Assembly: GCA_964511175.1 (NCBI GenBank)
Contig: CAZEEI010000002.1
Coordinates: 66,063 to 130,062 of the forward strand
Direction: 5' to 3'
DNA from: an uncultured Pseudomonadales bacterium
Lineage (GTDB): Bacteria > Patescibacteriota > Microgenomatia > UBA1400 > UBA1396
DNA: 64,000 nucleotides
Position 1 is the stretch's first letter; each line of letters opens with the position of its first letter. Positions 28,619 to 38,960 of the stretch are shown piece after piece. Position numbers and translations under genes: made by a program. Below the pieces are notes generated by a model, which did no database searches, was not told where the DNA came from, and saw nothing but the letters and a program-made list of their open reading frames with translations.

Positions 28619-30367
28619 ATGCGTGATTTTAATCAAGGTTTATCACTAATCGAACAACGCCTGCGGTTGGGGCGTCTGGTTTTTGGTCTAGTTGTTTTAC
28701 TACTGTTGGGGCGTTTGGCTTACTGGCAATTATGGCAGCATGTGACTTTGTCTCAGGCAGCAGAGGCACAGTATGCCACCTCGCGAGCCATTCAAACTCA
28801 GCGCGGCACTATTTTTGACCGACATGGCCAAGTGATGGCCACTAACCAAGAGCGATATACTTTATTTGCCGAACCGCCGGTTCTGACGGCCGATCCGCCC
28901 ACTATTGTAGATAAGTTGTGGCCGATTTTAGCTACTTCGCTGGAGATTCCAGCCGAACGTGCGTCCGATGAAGCTTGGTTAAAAACCCAATCTCAAAATT
29001 GGCAAAACGAATTAGTTTCGACCTTAAGCGCTACGGATCGCAAGTGGTTGCCGCTCTGGCACCGTCTGGACCGCACCCAGCGTGACCAGATTAACGGTTT
29101 ATCTCTGACTGGTTTGGGTTTTGATCCCCGGGAGTATCGCTTGTATCCAGACGCGTCGGTATCGGCTCACATTTTAGGATTTGTCGGCAAGAATGAACAG
29201 GGCGAAGATCAAGGGTATTTTGGGGTAGAAGGTTACTATGATTTGGAGTTGCGCGGCCGGGCAGGGCGCGAAGAGCGCCAAACCACTGCCTTGGGTTTGC
29301 CGATCGCTCTAGGTCAAAGTCAGCAGTTGCGCGCCCAGCCCGGCCGCGACTTAGTACTAACCATCGACAAGGCCCTGCAATTTCGGGTTGAACAAGCCTT
29401 GCTAGCTGGTATTGAGCGTTATGGTGCCGCCAGTGGTGAGGTGGTAATTATGGATCCCCACAACGGTGAGATTTTAGCGATGGCGGCTTTTCCTAATTAC
29501 GACCCCAGCCATTTTCTCGATTTTGATCCCAAAGATTATCGTAATCCGGCGATTGCCGACCTTTATGAACCAGGTTCGACCTTTAAGATTCTAACGGTCG
29601 CGGCTGGTTTGGAAGAGGGGGTGATTACGCCGGAAACCCAGTGTCCAGACTGTGATGGCCCGCGCCTCATTTCCGGTTCCCCCATCCGCACCTGGGATGA
29701 ACAGTATCACCCCAACATCAACATTCGTGACGCGCTGGCCTTATCCGACAACACAGCTATGGTTTTTGTACAGGAACAGTTGGGTAAAGAATCTTTTCTG
29801 TCCTGGTTGCGCCGATTTGGTTTAGACCAGAAGACAGGAATTGATTTGCAGGGCGAAGAACAATACCTTTTCCGGCCGGATGACCAGTGGCGAACCATCG
29901 ACATAGCTACCGCCTCGTTTGGGCAAGGGATTGCTGTTTCCAGCCTAAGTCTAGTGAGAGCGGCGAGCGCGATTGCCAACGGTGGTTTTTTGATTCAACC
30001 TCACGTAGTGCAATCGGTTATTGATCAGGGTGTAACCCTGCCGGTGGAAACCGATCCGCCTCAAACCATTTTGTCGCCGGAAACGACCCGCACCGTTACC
30101 GACTTAATGATCAACGCTGTCCAAAAAGGTGATGCTAAATGGGTGGCTCCCCAGGATATGGTGGTGGCCGGTAAGACTGGCACTGCCCAAATTGCGGAAA
30201 AGGGGAAGTATTTAGAAGACAAAACGATTGCCAGTTTTATTGGTTTTGCGCCGGCCGATCATCCCGAATTTGTAATGTTGGTTAAACTGCGCGAACCAAC
30301 TACTTCACCTTGGGGTTCGGAGACGGCCGCACCGCTTTGGTTCCAGATTGCTCACTTTTTACGGTAA
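28619..30367 (+). CDS. ftsI: class B penicillin-binding protein (FtsI/PBP3)
   Basis: RGTIFDRHG, EPGSTFK (SxxK), SDN, GKTGTAQ. Confidence 0.93.
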   Translation: MRDFNQGLSLIEQRLRLGRLVFGLVVLLLLGRLAYWQLWQHVTLSQAAEAQYATSRAIQTQRGTIFDRHGQVMATNQERYTLFAEPPVLTADPPTIVDKLWPILATSLEIPAERASDEAWLKTQSQNWQNELVSTLSATDRKWLPLWHRLDRTQRDQINGLSLTGLGFDPREYRLYPDASVSAHILGFVGKNEQGEDQGYFGVEGYYDLELRGRAGREERQTTALGLPIALGQSQQLRAQPGRDLVLTIDKALQFRVEQALLAGIERYGAASGEVVIMDPHNGEILAMAAFPNYDPSHFLDFDPKDYRNPAIADLYEPGSTFKILTVAAGLEEGVITPETQCPDCDGPRLISGSPIRTWDEQYHPNINIRDALALSDNTAMVFVQEQLGKESFLSWLRRFGLDQKTGIDLQGEEQYLFRPDDQWRTIDIATASFGQGIAVSSLSLVRAASAIANGGFLIQPHVVQSVIDQGVTLPVETDPPQTILSPETTRTVTDLMINAVQKGDAKWVAPQDMVVAGKTGTAQIAEKGKYLEDKTIASFIGFAPADHPEFVMLVKLREPTTSPWGSETAAPLWFQIAHFLR

Positions 30368-30399
30368 TTTGCTATGCTAAGTGGCGAAAGGTTTAAAGT

Positions 30400-31644
30400 A
30401 TGAGGGTTGGCAAAGCAAGCACGGGCGAATCAGGATTAGGTAGAACTCAATTATTAACCGAAAAGCTTAAGCCGCAAAAAGAAAGAAAAATCCGCTGGTT
30501 CCGTTGGTGGAAAATTCTTTTAGGTTTAATTTTAGTAGGAGTGGTGACGGCGCCCAGCGGGAGTGAAAAAGTTTCCGCATTTGATCCGAATAATCAAGAG
30601 ATTCCAAGCGGGTGGGGGCTAGCCAGCTTGCTTGTTGACGCTGTCCGACAAGAGGCAGAAGCCGAAGCCAAAAAAATTGAAGATACCCTGGCCAGTGAGG
30701 TTGGAGAACGGGTTAATCCCTACTACCAACCCTACAGCGAAATAATGGCGCAGGGAATAGAAGAGTTTAAAGCGGCCCACCCAGATATACCAGTGGTCTG
30801 GCATAAATCTGAACAATATTTTGATGATACCGATCTGATCCGCATACTACTGACACCAATTACCGCAGAGGAGGTTTGGACTGACGAGGATGTTGGTACA
30901 TTACCAATCAAATATTTAGCCTCAGCAGCCACTAATAGTAGTACTGAAGACATGTCTAAACTTTCCTTGTTGATAAAGCATCGTTTACCTCCAGAAATAC
31001 TTGAGACTATTTTGCTTGCCGAGAGTCAAATACCAGTTGTCCCGGGGACTGATTTATATAACCAAGCAGGCGATCTTTATGACGAGAGTAGTTGGCAGCT
31101 TTTTGAGACATACTACAACGAAATTAAGCAAGATTTAGAAACAATATATCAAGAGAGAGGTGGTGGGGAGCCATTGTCCCAGTCTGCGGTCTTAGCTTAT
31201 TTTTTGGACAAATATAACGGTGATCTCAATGCTGCCCTGAGCGATTTATCCGGATTTATGAAGCAAATGAGATTCCAAATTAATTGGTTGCGAAAATATA
31301 TTCAGGATCAACATAATCCCTATTTTTCCCTCAATGATTTACCTCCTTTTGGTGAAACTACGGATTTTCCGGGCAAACATTTTGCCCAAAGTGATTTACT
31401 ACTCTATGACACAATGCCTGGGGAACAGCAGGATTGGGCCACCAGTATTTGGGGTCTGAGCTATCACTCACCATATATGGTAAAGCTTTTGTCGGACTCT
31501 TCGCCAGAAGTAATTAAATTGTTTTGTCTCTACGAATACATAAACTATGATCATGTAGCCGAGCCATACAAAGAAATTTATGATTTTCTTATGCTGGACG
31601 AACTTTACGAGATACTCGCCCTGCTTGAGTCCTATAGTCGATAG
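30400..31644 (+). CDS. orphan membrane-anchored protein
   Basis: 414-aa ORF, one TM near N-terminus, acidic helical body; own TGC-TATGCT box. Confidence 0.7.
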   Translation: MRVGKASTGESGLGRTQLLTEKLKPQKERKIRWFRWWKILLGLILVGVVTAPSGSEKVSAFDPNNQEIPSGWGLASLLVDAVRQEAEAEAKKIEDTLASEVGERVNPYYQPYSEIMAQGIEEFKAAHPDIPVVWHKSEQYFDDTDLIRILLTPITAEEVWTDEDVGTLPIKYLASAATNSSTEDMSKLSLLIKHRLPPEILETILLAESQIPVVPGTDLYNQAGDLYDESSWQLFETYYNEIKQDLETIYQERGGGEPLSQSAVLAYFLDKYNGDLNAALSDLSGFMKQMRFQINWLRKYIQDQHNPYFSLNDLPPFGETTDFPGKHFAQSDLLLYDTMPGEQQDWATSIWGLSYHSPYMVKLLSDSSPEVIKLFCLYEYINYDHVAEPYKEIYDFLMLDELYEILALLESYSR

Positions 31645-31731
31645 GTATTCCTGTAAAAGGGATGAAGTTGTATAGGGATATAGACCAATACCGAGAATTG
31701 TAATAGGATGAATGTATTGTAAGGGAGTGTT

Positions 31732-33819
31732 ATGCCAGAAAAAAATGGGCCTGATTTTGATAATCCAGGAATGACACCACAGCTCTATGAGGGTCCGGTT
31801 GCCTATACTCTGGATACACAAAAGCATTCGGTGAAAATTGGTGCTACAGATCTGGATTCTATAGAAACTACGCGCATAACTAATGAATCTTCTCCAGAAA
31901 GCCAGCAAGCCTTTGTCGAACAACGTCAGCATATGGCTGAGATGGAAAATGCCATGATGGATGCATCAGTGCTTATTACTGCAGAGGGTGTGGATCCGGC
32001 AGTTAAAGCTGAATTGCGAGCCTATCTACAGTCAATTGGGAAAAGCATTCAAACACTTGTTGCCAAGATGCCAAAGTTGAAAGAAACATATGCCTATATT
32101 TTTAAGGCACAAAAGAGACAGCTCGAACCGCACAGACCATCGCTTACAGTTGCCCCGGAAGTGGTTTTACCCGTAGATTTGGCAAGGGAAGCCAAACAAC
32201 ATGTCCAGGATTTTCTGTTTGGGGGCGAGGGGTCTTCTGGCACGCCGCGCATTAACATTAAAGAGAATACCACTACACAAAAACTGGAGATAAGTTCCTA
32301 TCGGTATATTCCTGATCCCGGCGGAAATCCTCATTTAGATAGAGAAGAGGTTGTTCCTCTCGGATGGAGAGGTAATGTTGATTGGCAACCAGATAGCGGG
32401 GTGCGACGCAAATATCCCGATCTAGACAAGCTTTGTTTAGCTTTAAAACCGATTCTAGAGAGAGAAGTAGCCAGTATTTTGCCGAGTTTATCAACAGAGC
32501 CCTTGGCCAAGGCAACTAGGGCAAAAATTGAAGCCTGTTGTGCCAATAAAACGGCTAATGTTTTGTATACCCTTGATAGTGCCTTTGACTCCAAGAGTTT
32601 GGTGACCGATATATCCCTAGAGGGGCCGGACAAATCAGGCATAGTAGAGGCTGTGATGTTGCGACGGGAACAAGGGGTAGGAAAAAAGAAAGCCGACCGT
32701 TTACATTTGCCTGAAACGGCTTATCTAGATAGAAAACGAGTTGAGCCTCAAGATCTGTCTGACCCCCAACTACGAGCTGATTTGAGTGATCTACACGGTT
32801 CGGGCGTGTCAGAGGCTGAGTTGATGGGGTTATATGCTCCTCTGCCTGATTATGCACTACGAGCGTTGGAAGGCTTGCTGGACGACGAGGGGAATGTGGT
32901 GAGTTTGGTGTCGCGTGATCAGATTATGGCGCTGTTTGATGTTTCATCAGGAGCTCCACATCAGTCGAAAAATACTTTGTTAGACCAAATAAGTAAAGAT
33001 GTGGCCGATATTGTCATCCTAAAAGAAAAAAGGAAACATCAAGCTGATGTTGATTTAAAATCTACGCTTGATCGGCAACAAAACGGTTTATATCAGGAGA
33101 TTAGGAGTTTTCTGGCTAAATTAAATCCGCCCGCTTCTCGACTAGAGGATGTAGTGGCGCGAAAAGGAAGACTTGGCTTAGGTGGCGTAACCAATCAAGC
33201 CGATGTCGAAGCCAGGGAAGATTTTGAACGCCGCCAGACTGAATTGAGCGAACAGCAACGAGTGGTTAGTGAAAGGTTGAAGGCCTATAAGCCACAGACT
33301 GTTTATGGTTCGCAGGATGAGGGACAAGTTATGGCAGGGATTCAGAGACAGCTTGATCGTGCTGTCACGCTTACCTACAAAGCGGGGTCCTTACCAATCA
33401 TTTTGGACCAAGATTTATTTAAGGGTGTGACATCGGAACCGATGGAAACTTTAGTTGACCGATTACGGGAAAAACTTGATCAGCAAGCACAAAAGATAGC
33501 GTCGACCGTAGCGGCTGAAACGGCAGCGACGATAGATAAATTGACACAGGACTTTGCCAGAACTAAGGCTCTTTTAGAAAGAGTGATGGAAACCCCGGAT
33601 CAATCAAGGATGCAGGAGGCTGTTTTAGCCTATATTCAGGGAAGAATGTACAATTTTTCAGATGATCGGTTGTCTATGTATAAACCTGAGCAAAGAATCT
33701 TCTATTATGCTGGCCAAAGAAGCCGGGCAACGGCGGCGAGGTGGTCTGTTTCGTCGGTTCCTGAGAATATCCGAGAGAGAGTGCGGCTTTTTGATGTTTT
33801 GCCTCAAGATGCGGTATAG
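31732..33819 (+). CDS. large orphan cytoplasmic protein with C-terminal coiled coil
   Basis: 695-aa ORF, AAGGGAG SD; no recognisable motif. Confidence 0.7.
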   Translation: MPEKNGPDFDNPGMTPQLYEGPVAYTLDTQKHSVKIGATDLDSIETTRITNESSPESQQAFVEQRQHMAEMENAMMDASVLITAEGVDPAVKAELRAYLQSIGKSIQTLVAKMPKLKETYAYIFKAQKRQLEPHRPSLTVAPEVVLPVDLAREAKQHVQDFLFGGEGSSGTPRINIKENTTTQKLEISSYRYIPDPGGNPHLDREEVVPLGWRGNVDWQPDSGVRRKYPDLDKLCLALKPILEREVASILPSLSTEPLAKATRAKIEACCANKTANVLYTLDSAFDSKSLVTDISLEGPDKSGIVEAVMLRREQGVGKKKADRLHLPETAYLDRKRVEPQDLSDPQLRADLSDLHGSGVSEAELMGLYAPLPDYALRALEGLLDDEGNVVSLVSRDQIMALFDVSSGAPHQSKNTLLDQISKDVADIVILKEKRKHQADVDLKSTLDRQQNGLYQEIRSFLAKLNPPASRLEDVVARKGRLGLGGVTNQADVEAREDFERRQTELSEQQRVVSERLKAYKPQTVYGSQDEGQVMAGIQRQLDRAVTLTYKAGSLPIILDQDLFKGVTSEPMETLVDRLREKLDQQAQKIASTVAAETAATIDKLTQDFARTKALLERVMETPDQSRMQEAVLAYIQGRMYNFSDDRLSMYKPEQRIFYYAGQRSRATAARWSVSSVPENIRERVRLFDVLPQDAV

Positions 33820-33860
33820 CTTGTTTATCTACTTCGCTGAGGTGCTATTCTATAAAAGTA

Positions 33861-35054
33861 ATGTTGAGTTTATTGCGTGTCCGCCGCATTCACCACTGGT
33901 TTAGTTCTTTTCTGTTTAGGGCTTTACCAGCCAATCTGTATTATGGTTTCCCAGGTCGAAGGCTGAAAATCTACGGCATTACCGGTACAGATGGTAAAAC
34001 GACTAGTGCCACTTTGCTTTATCAAGTACTTAAAACGGCTGGTTATAAAGTGGCACTAATTTCGACCGTGGCGGCTTTTATCGGCAATGAGGAAATCGAT
34101 ACCGGCTTCCACGTGACTTCGCCGGAGCCGTGGGCGCTGCAGCGATTGTTGCGCCGTTGTTTGGATCGTGGAATCGAACATGTAGTGCTGGAGGTAACTT
34201 CGCATGGTTTTTTTCAGTACCGAACGTGGGGCACTGAGTTTGCTGTGGCTGGTTTGACCAATATCACTCCGGAGCACCTCGATTATTTTGAAACTTATGA
34301 GCGATATGCACGAGTAAAAGGCGAATTTTTATTATCAGCTAAACAAGCGATTCTTAATAAATCCGATCGTTCCTTTTCTTTACTGCAGCTGATGTTTAAC
34401 CGACACCATCACACCTATTTAATTTATGATCAGAAACTAAGCAGTAATGAGGTTGATCGTGCCATTAGTGATCGTTTTACCGAACCCTACAATTGCTGGA
34501 ATGCCAAATTGGTGTGGGCCATGGCGGAGCAACTAGGTATTACCACTAATGTTTTTACCCAAGCCTCAACCTCTTTTACTGGTGTGCGCGGCCGGATGGA
34601 AGAGATTGCCAACCGAACCGGTAAGCGGGTGATTGTTGATTTTGCCCATACACCCAACGGACTAGAGCAAGCCCTGACCGCTTTGCGCCCGCAAGCCAAA
34701 CAACAACTAATTGCGGTTTATGGGTGCGCGGGTTTTCGCGACCGTAGTAAACGGGCGCCGATGGGACGAATTGGCACCGAGATTGCTGATCTTTGCGTTT
34801 TCACCAGCGAAGACCCGCGCACGGAAGATATCCAAGTAATCATGCGCCAGATGAAAGAGGGAGTGCAGCCGCCCCACCACCGCAAGATCGTTACTATTCC
34901 CGATCGACGCGCCGCCATCGCTTTTGCTCTCCAACAAGCCAAACGCGGTGACGTGGTAGGCATCTTTGGTAAGGGTCACGAAAAGTCTTTGTGTATCGGT
35001 AAAAAGGAATATCCCTGGTCGGATCAGGAAACGGTGCGGGAGTTGTTAGGCTAG
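33861..35054 (+). CDS. murE: UDP-MurNAc-dipeptide--diamino acid ligase MurE (short N-terminus)
   Basis: GITGTDGKTT, EHLDYF, VDFAHTP, TSEDPR, GKGHE. Confidence 0.93.
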   Translation: MLSLLRVRRIHHWFSSFLFRALPANLYYGFPGRRLKIYGITGTDGKTTSATLLYQVLKTAGYKVALISTVAAFIGNEEIDTGFHVTSPEPWALQRLLRRCLDRGIEHVVLEVTSHGFFQYRTWGTEFAVAGLTNITPEHLDYFETYERYARVKGEFLLSAKQAILNKSDRSFSLLQLMFNRHHHTYLIYDQKLSSNEVDRAISDRFTEPYNCWNAKLVWAMAEQLGITTNVFTQASTSFTGVRGRMEEIANRTGKRVIVDFAHTPNGLEQALTALRPQAKQQLIAVYGCAGFRDRSKRAPMGRIGTEIADLCVFTSEDPRTEDIQVIMRQMKEGVQPPHHRKIVTIPDRRAAIAFALQQAKRGDVVGIFGKGHEKSLCIGKKEYPWSDQETVRELLG

Positions 35055-35087
35055 TTTAGTCGGGATTAACCGAATGTTTAAGATAAG

Positions 35088-35906
35088 ATGGTAAAGAATA
35101 AACTGACAGCAATCACTCGCTGGTTTATTGGCACCTTCTTTGTTCTAGCAATTCTCTCGGTCTGTCAACCGAAATCCGCTCCGACACCTGTTCTCGAAGT
35201 TATTCAGCCAGAAACGACACCAACCCTCACTAGCGAACCACCCACCCAGCCAGAAAGCAACAAACAAGAAGCCACTTTAATTCGGGTAATTGATGGCGAT
35301 ACGGTGGAGGCTTCAATCAGTGGCAGTAAGCAGACAATTCGGGTTATTGGCATTGATACTCCTGAGACGGTTGATCCTCGGAAAAGGGTTGAGTGTTTTG
35401 GCACTGAGGCATCTAAGCAAGCCAAACTTTACTTTGAAGGTAATGAACAAATTTGGCTGGAGTCAGATTCGACTCAGAGTGATAGGGACAAATACGGCCG
35501 ATTGTTGCGTTATATTTTTACCGATGATGGTTCGGTGGATTATGGCCGGGTAATGATTACTCTTGGCTATGCGAACGAATACACCTACAGCAATCCTTAT
35601 AAATATCAATCAATTTATCAGCAAGCCGAACAAGAGGCTCGAGACGGCAAGAAAGGGTTGTGGGCAGATGATGCTTGCGTGGCTACGCCGAATCCAACTG
35701 CTAAACCAATTACTAATTCACAACCAGTCGCGCCGGCAACGAGTGTTGGGAAAAAAAGTTGCTCTGGACCAGATTTAGACTGCGGTGATTTTTCTTCGCG
35801 TTCCGAAGTCCGCCAATTTTGGAACGCTTGTGGATTTTCAGCCAGTAATGATCCGCATAGACTTGATGGTAGTGACCAAGATGGTCAACCCTGTGAGAGT
35901 TTATAA
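35088..35906 (+). CDS. secreted thermonuclease (SNase) with C-terminal Excalibur-like domain
   Basis: VIDGDT, IRVIGIDTPE, DKYGRLLRY, GLW; DLDCGDF...RLDGSDQDGQPCE. Confidence 0.93.
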   Translation: MVKNKLTAITRWFIGTFFVLAILSVCQPKSAPTPVLEVIQPETTPTLTSEPPTQPESNKQEATLIRVIDGDTVEASISGSKQTIRVIGIDTPETVDPRKRVECFGTEASKQAKLYFEGNEQIWLESDSTQSDRDKYGRLLRYIFTDDGSVDYGRVMITLGYANEYTYSNPYKYQSIYQQAEQEARDGKKGLWADDACVATPNPTAKPITNSQPVAPATSVGKKSCSGPDLDCGDFSSRSEVRQFWNACGFSASNDPHRLDGSDQDGQPCESL

Positions 35907-35981
35907 AACCTGATTAGAGACCGCAGGCTAGGGCGATGTATAATTTTCTTGTATCACTACGCTACTACATAGAAAAAAGAC

Positions 35982-36476
35982 ATGGTCAGCCAGTCAGTTT
36001 CCGTTACCCGCAAGCCAGTTTTCTCCGGCGAACGTCAGTTTACGGTTTCGGTCTGGTTGTTAACCAAAAGCCGGCCGGCCAAGGTTTTACTGGTTCATCA
36101 CCGCAAGTTAGGTAGCTGGCTGCAGCCAGGCGGCCATATCGAACCGGCGGAAAACCCAAGACAAGCGGCTATTCGGGAAGTAAAGGAAGAAACTAATTTG
36201 GATATTTCTCAACAACTTAAGCCCAGCAGCCAAGCCAGCGAGGACGCCCTGCTATTATCAGTGCCGCGTTTTATTATGGAACAGCCAATTCCGGCGCATG
36301 GCGATCAACCGGCGCATTTTCATATCGATTTAGAATATGTAGTGATCCTGCCAGAGCAAACCGTCACCCATCAAGCCGAAGAGGCGCACGATATCGGCTG
36401 GTTTACGTTGGCCCAAACCAAGCCGCTCCACCTATTTGCCAATACCCGTTTCATCTTGCAAAAACTCTTGGCTTGA
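35982..36476 (+). CDS. NUDIX hydrolase
   Basis: WLQPGGHIE...AAIREVKEETNL Nudix box. Confidence 0.92.
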   Translation: MVSQSVSVTRKPVFSGERQFTVSVWLLTKSRPAKVLLVHHRKLGSWLQPGGHIEPAENPRQAAIREVKEETNLDISQQLKPSSQASEDALLLSVPRFIMEQPIPAHGDQPAHFHIDLEYVVILPEQTVTHQAEEAHDIGWFTLAQTKPLHLFANTRFILQKLLA

Positions 36477-36492
36477 AGTAGCCTGGCAGCAT

Positions 36493-37497
36493 ATGGTTAA
36501 ACGTCCCGCGGTGGTGGTTTTGGGTGGTGGTACCGGTACCTTCATGATGTTAACGGCGCTCAAACGACTACCAGTTGACTTGACCGCGATCCTCACCATG
36601 GTTGACGAAGGCGGCTCTAATAAAATTCTCCGTGATCAGTTTGGGCTATTACCAACCTCGGGTATTAGACAGGCGATTGTGGCTCTGTCCGAAGATGATT
36701 CCTTGTTGCGTGATCTCTTCAACTACCGTTTCCATCAGGGCGAAGGGATTAGCGGCATGACTTTTGGCAATCTCTTTATGGCGGCACTAACCGACATTGT
36801 TGGTTCGCAGAAAAAGGCCATTGTGGAGACGCAGAACTTACTGCGTGTCCGGGGTAAGATTTTACCGATTTCTTACGATGATGTTCGCCTAATTGCCCAT
36901 TATGCCGACGGCACGGAAGCGGTGGGCGAGCACCTCATTGATGAACCAACTCACACTGAGGCGAAACGGATTATTTCTTTGCACACCGAGCCGATCGCTC
37001 ATCTTTCCACGGAAGCCCAGCAAGCCATTAGTGCGGCCGATTTTATCGTGATCGGGCCGGGCGACTTTTTCACCAACACGATAGCTAACTTTGTGGTTGA
37101 CGGCGTACCAGAGGCTCTGCACCAGAGCCAAGCTAAAAAAATGTTTATCCTTAACTTAATGACCAAATTTGGCGAGACTCCCAGTTACACCACCACCACC
37201 TTTTTAAACGATATTGATCAATATTATGGTTTAGCTGGCCTTGACTACGCCGTGGTTAACAACAACCACGCGTTTCCAACGGCAGCTCTCCAGCTTTATG
37301 CGCAGGAAAAGGCTGAACCAATTCAGGATGATATTGGGGGTGATGCCTACCGTGGCGTGAAAATATTGCGCACCGATTTGTTGGCTGAACAGGTTTTTAC
37401 TAAAGCCCCAGGTGATGCCATTGCCCGCAGTATTTTGCGTCACGATCCGGAAAAATTTGCCCGTTTCTTTGCCGATCAATTTTTAACCGTGCTATGA
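36493..37497 (+). CDS. yvcK: YvcK/CofD-like UDP-GlcNAc-binding protein
   Basis: GGGTG, DEGGS, FGNL, IGPG, LRHDP. Confidence 0.9.
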   Translation: MVKRPAVVVLGGGTGTFMMLTALKRLPVDLTAILTMVDEGGSNKILRDQFGLLPTSGIRQAIVALSEDDSLLRDLFNYRFHQGEGISGMTFGNLFMAALTDIVGSQKKAIVETQNLLRVRGKILPISYDDVRLIAHYADGTEAVGEHLIDEPTHTEAKRIISLHTEPIAHLSTEAQQAISAADFIVIGPGDFFTNTIANFVVDGVPEALHQSQAKKMFILNLMTKFGETPSYTTTTFLNDIDQYYGLAGLDYAVVNNNHAFPTAALQLYAQEKAEPIQDDIGGDAYRGVKILRTDLLAEQVFTKAPGDAIARSILRHDPEKFARFFADQFLTVL

Positions 37498-38960
37498 ACT
37501 TTACTGCTCCTCTGCCATCGCTTCGCCTCAGTCAGTGCCGACACGCTTATTTAGTCGGTATTAAGGGAGTGGGTATGACTTCCTTAGCCGTTTTACTGCA
37601 ACAGGCCGGTCTGACCGTAGCGGGCGCCGACACAGAAGAAACTTTTGTGACCGACCAACTATTAGCGCAGCACCAGATTGTGCCAGATAGCTTTGCCAGC
37701 GCCATTTTGCCGGATAAAACAGATGTAGTGATTTATTCGGGCGCTCACCAGGGTGCTAACAATCCGCTGGTAAAACTCGCCCGCACAAAAAAGATACCCA
37801 CTTTATCTCAAGCCGAAGCACTGGGCTTGCTTTCGGTGCGCAAGGAAACAATTGCGGTGGCTGGAGTGGGCGGCAAATCAACTACCGCCGCTCTACTCAG
37901 TTGGATTTTGGAAGTGGGTGGCCAAGATCCATCCTACTCGGTGGGAGTGGGTAATATTCCCAACCTCGGTTCATCCGGGCGCTGGCGGAAAAATCGGGGA
38001 CCCTTTGTCGTGGAGGCTGATGAGTATGTAGCCGACCCAACCCAAAATTTGACCCCGCGTTTTCTCTACCTTCGGCCCAAACACCTAATCTGTACTTCCC
38101 TTAGTTACGATCACCCGGATGTCTATCAATCTTTGGCTGATACGCAGCAGGCCTTCAGTAGTTTGCTGGCCTATTTGACCCCGGAGAGTATTTTGGTTTA
38201 CAACGGTGATTTGCCGGTGTTGGTCGAATTGGTGCGCAACCATCCTGGTCAATTTCGGCGTTTATCAGTGGGTGAAGGTAAACACAATCAAGTACGAATT
38301 AACGATTTCCAAGTAGTGGCTGGTGTGGGTCTAGCCACCATTATTGCTCCAGGCTTACCGTTGGATCATCAATTAATACGCTCACCCATTCCAGGCAAAC
38401 ATAATCTGCTTAATGCAGTTTATGCCGCAGTGATGGCGGCGGAACTGGGTGTTGATCTATCCGCTATTGATCAGGCAATAACTAGTTTCCGCTCTACCCA
38501 ACGCCGTTTTGAGTATATTGGTCGCACGCTGGCTGGTTGTGAGTGTTACGACGACTACGCGCACCACCCGCGGGAAATTGTGGCCATCGGTGAAACCCTA
38601 CACGACTGGTTTCCTGGCAAAAAATTGGCCGTCGCTTTTGAGCCGCATACTTTTTCCCGCACCAAGGCCTTGTATGCTGATTTTCTTAATGCCTTGGAAG
38701 GTCTCAAGGCGCAGGTATTTTTGTTACCGATTTTTGCCTCGGCTCGGGAAACAGAGGACGCCAGTATTAGTTCAGTGATGATGGCGGATGATCTAACCCG
38801 CCGCGGCGTTGAGGTTCGCTACTGTCCCGATCAAACGACTTTGCTAGAATACATCCAGGCTTTGGATGCCGATACCGTGCTAATAACCTTAGGAGCCGGT
38901 ACGATCTATAAGGTGTATGCCAAACTCACTTTTAACCCAACTACAGAATCACTTTCCTGA
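37494..38960 (+). CDS. murC: UDP-MurNAc--L-alanine ligase
   Basis: GIKGVGM, GKSTT, VEADEY, DHPD, DDYAHHP, FEPHTFSRT. Confidence 0.95.
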   Translation: MNFTAPLPSLRLSQCRHAYLVGIKGVGMTSLAVLLQQAGLTVAGADTEETFVTDQLLAQHQIVPDSFASAILPDKTDVVIYSGAHQGANNPLVKLARTKKIPTLSQAEALGLLSVRKETIAVAGVGGKSTTAALLSWILEVGGQDPSYSVGVGNIPNLGSSGRWRKNRGPFVVEADEYVADPTQNLTPRFLYLRPKHLICTSLSYDHPDVYQSLADTQQAFSSLLAYLTPESILVYNGDLPVLVELVRNHPGQFRRLSVGEGKHNQVRINDFQVVAGVGLATIIAPGLPLDHQLIRSPIPGKHNLLNAVYAAVMAAELGVDLSAIDQAITSFRSTQRRFEYIGRTLAGCECYDDYAHHPREIVAIGETLHDWFPGKKLAVAFEPHTFSRTKALYADFLNALEGLKAQVFLLPIFASARETEDASISSVMMADDLTRRGVEVRYCPDQTTLLEYIQALDADTVLITLGAGTIYKVYAKLTFNPTTESLS

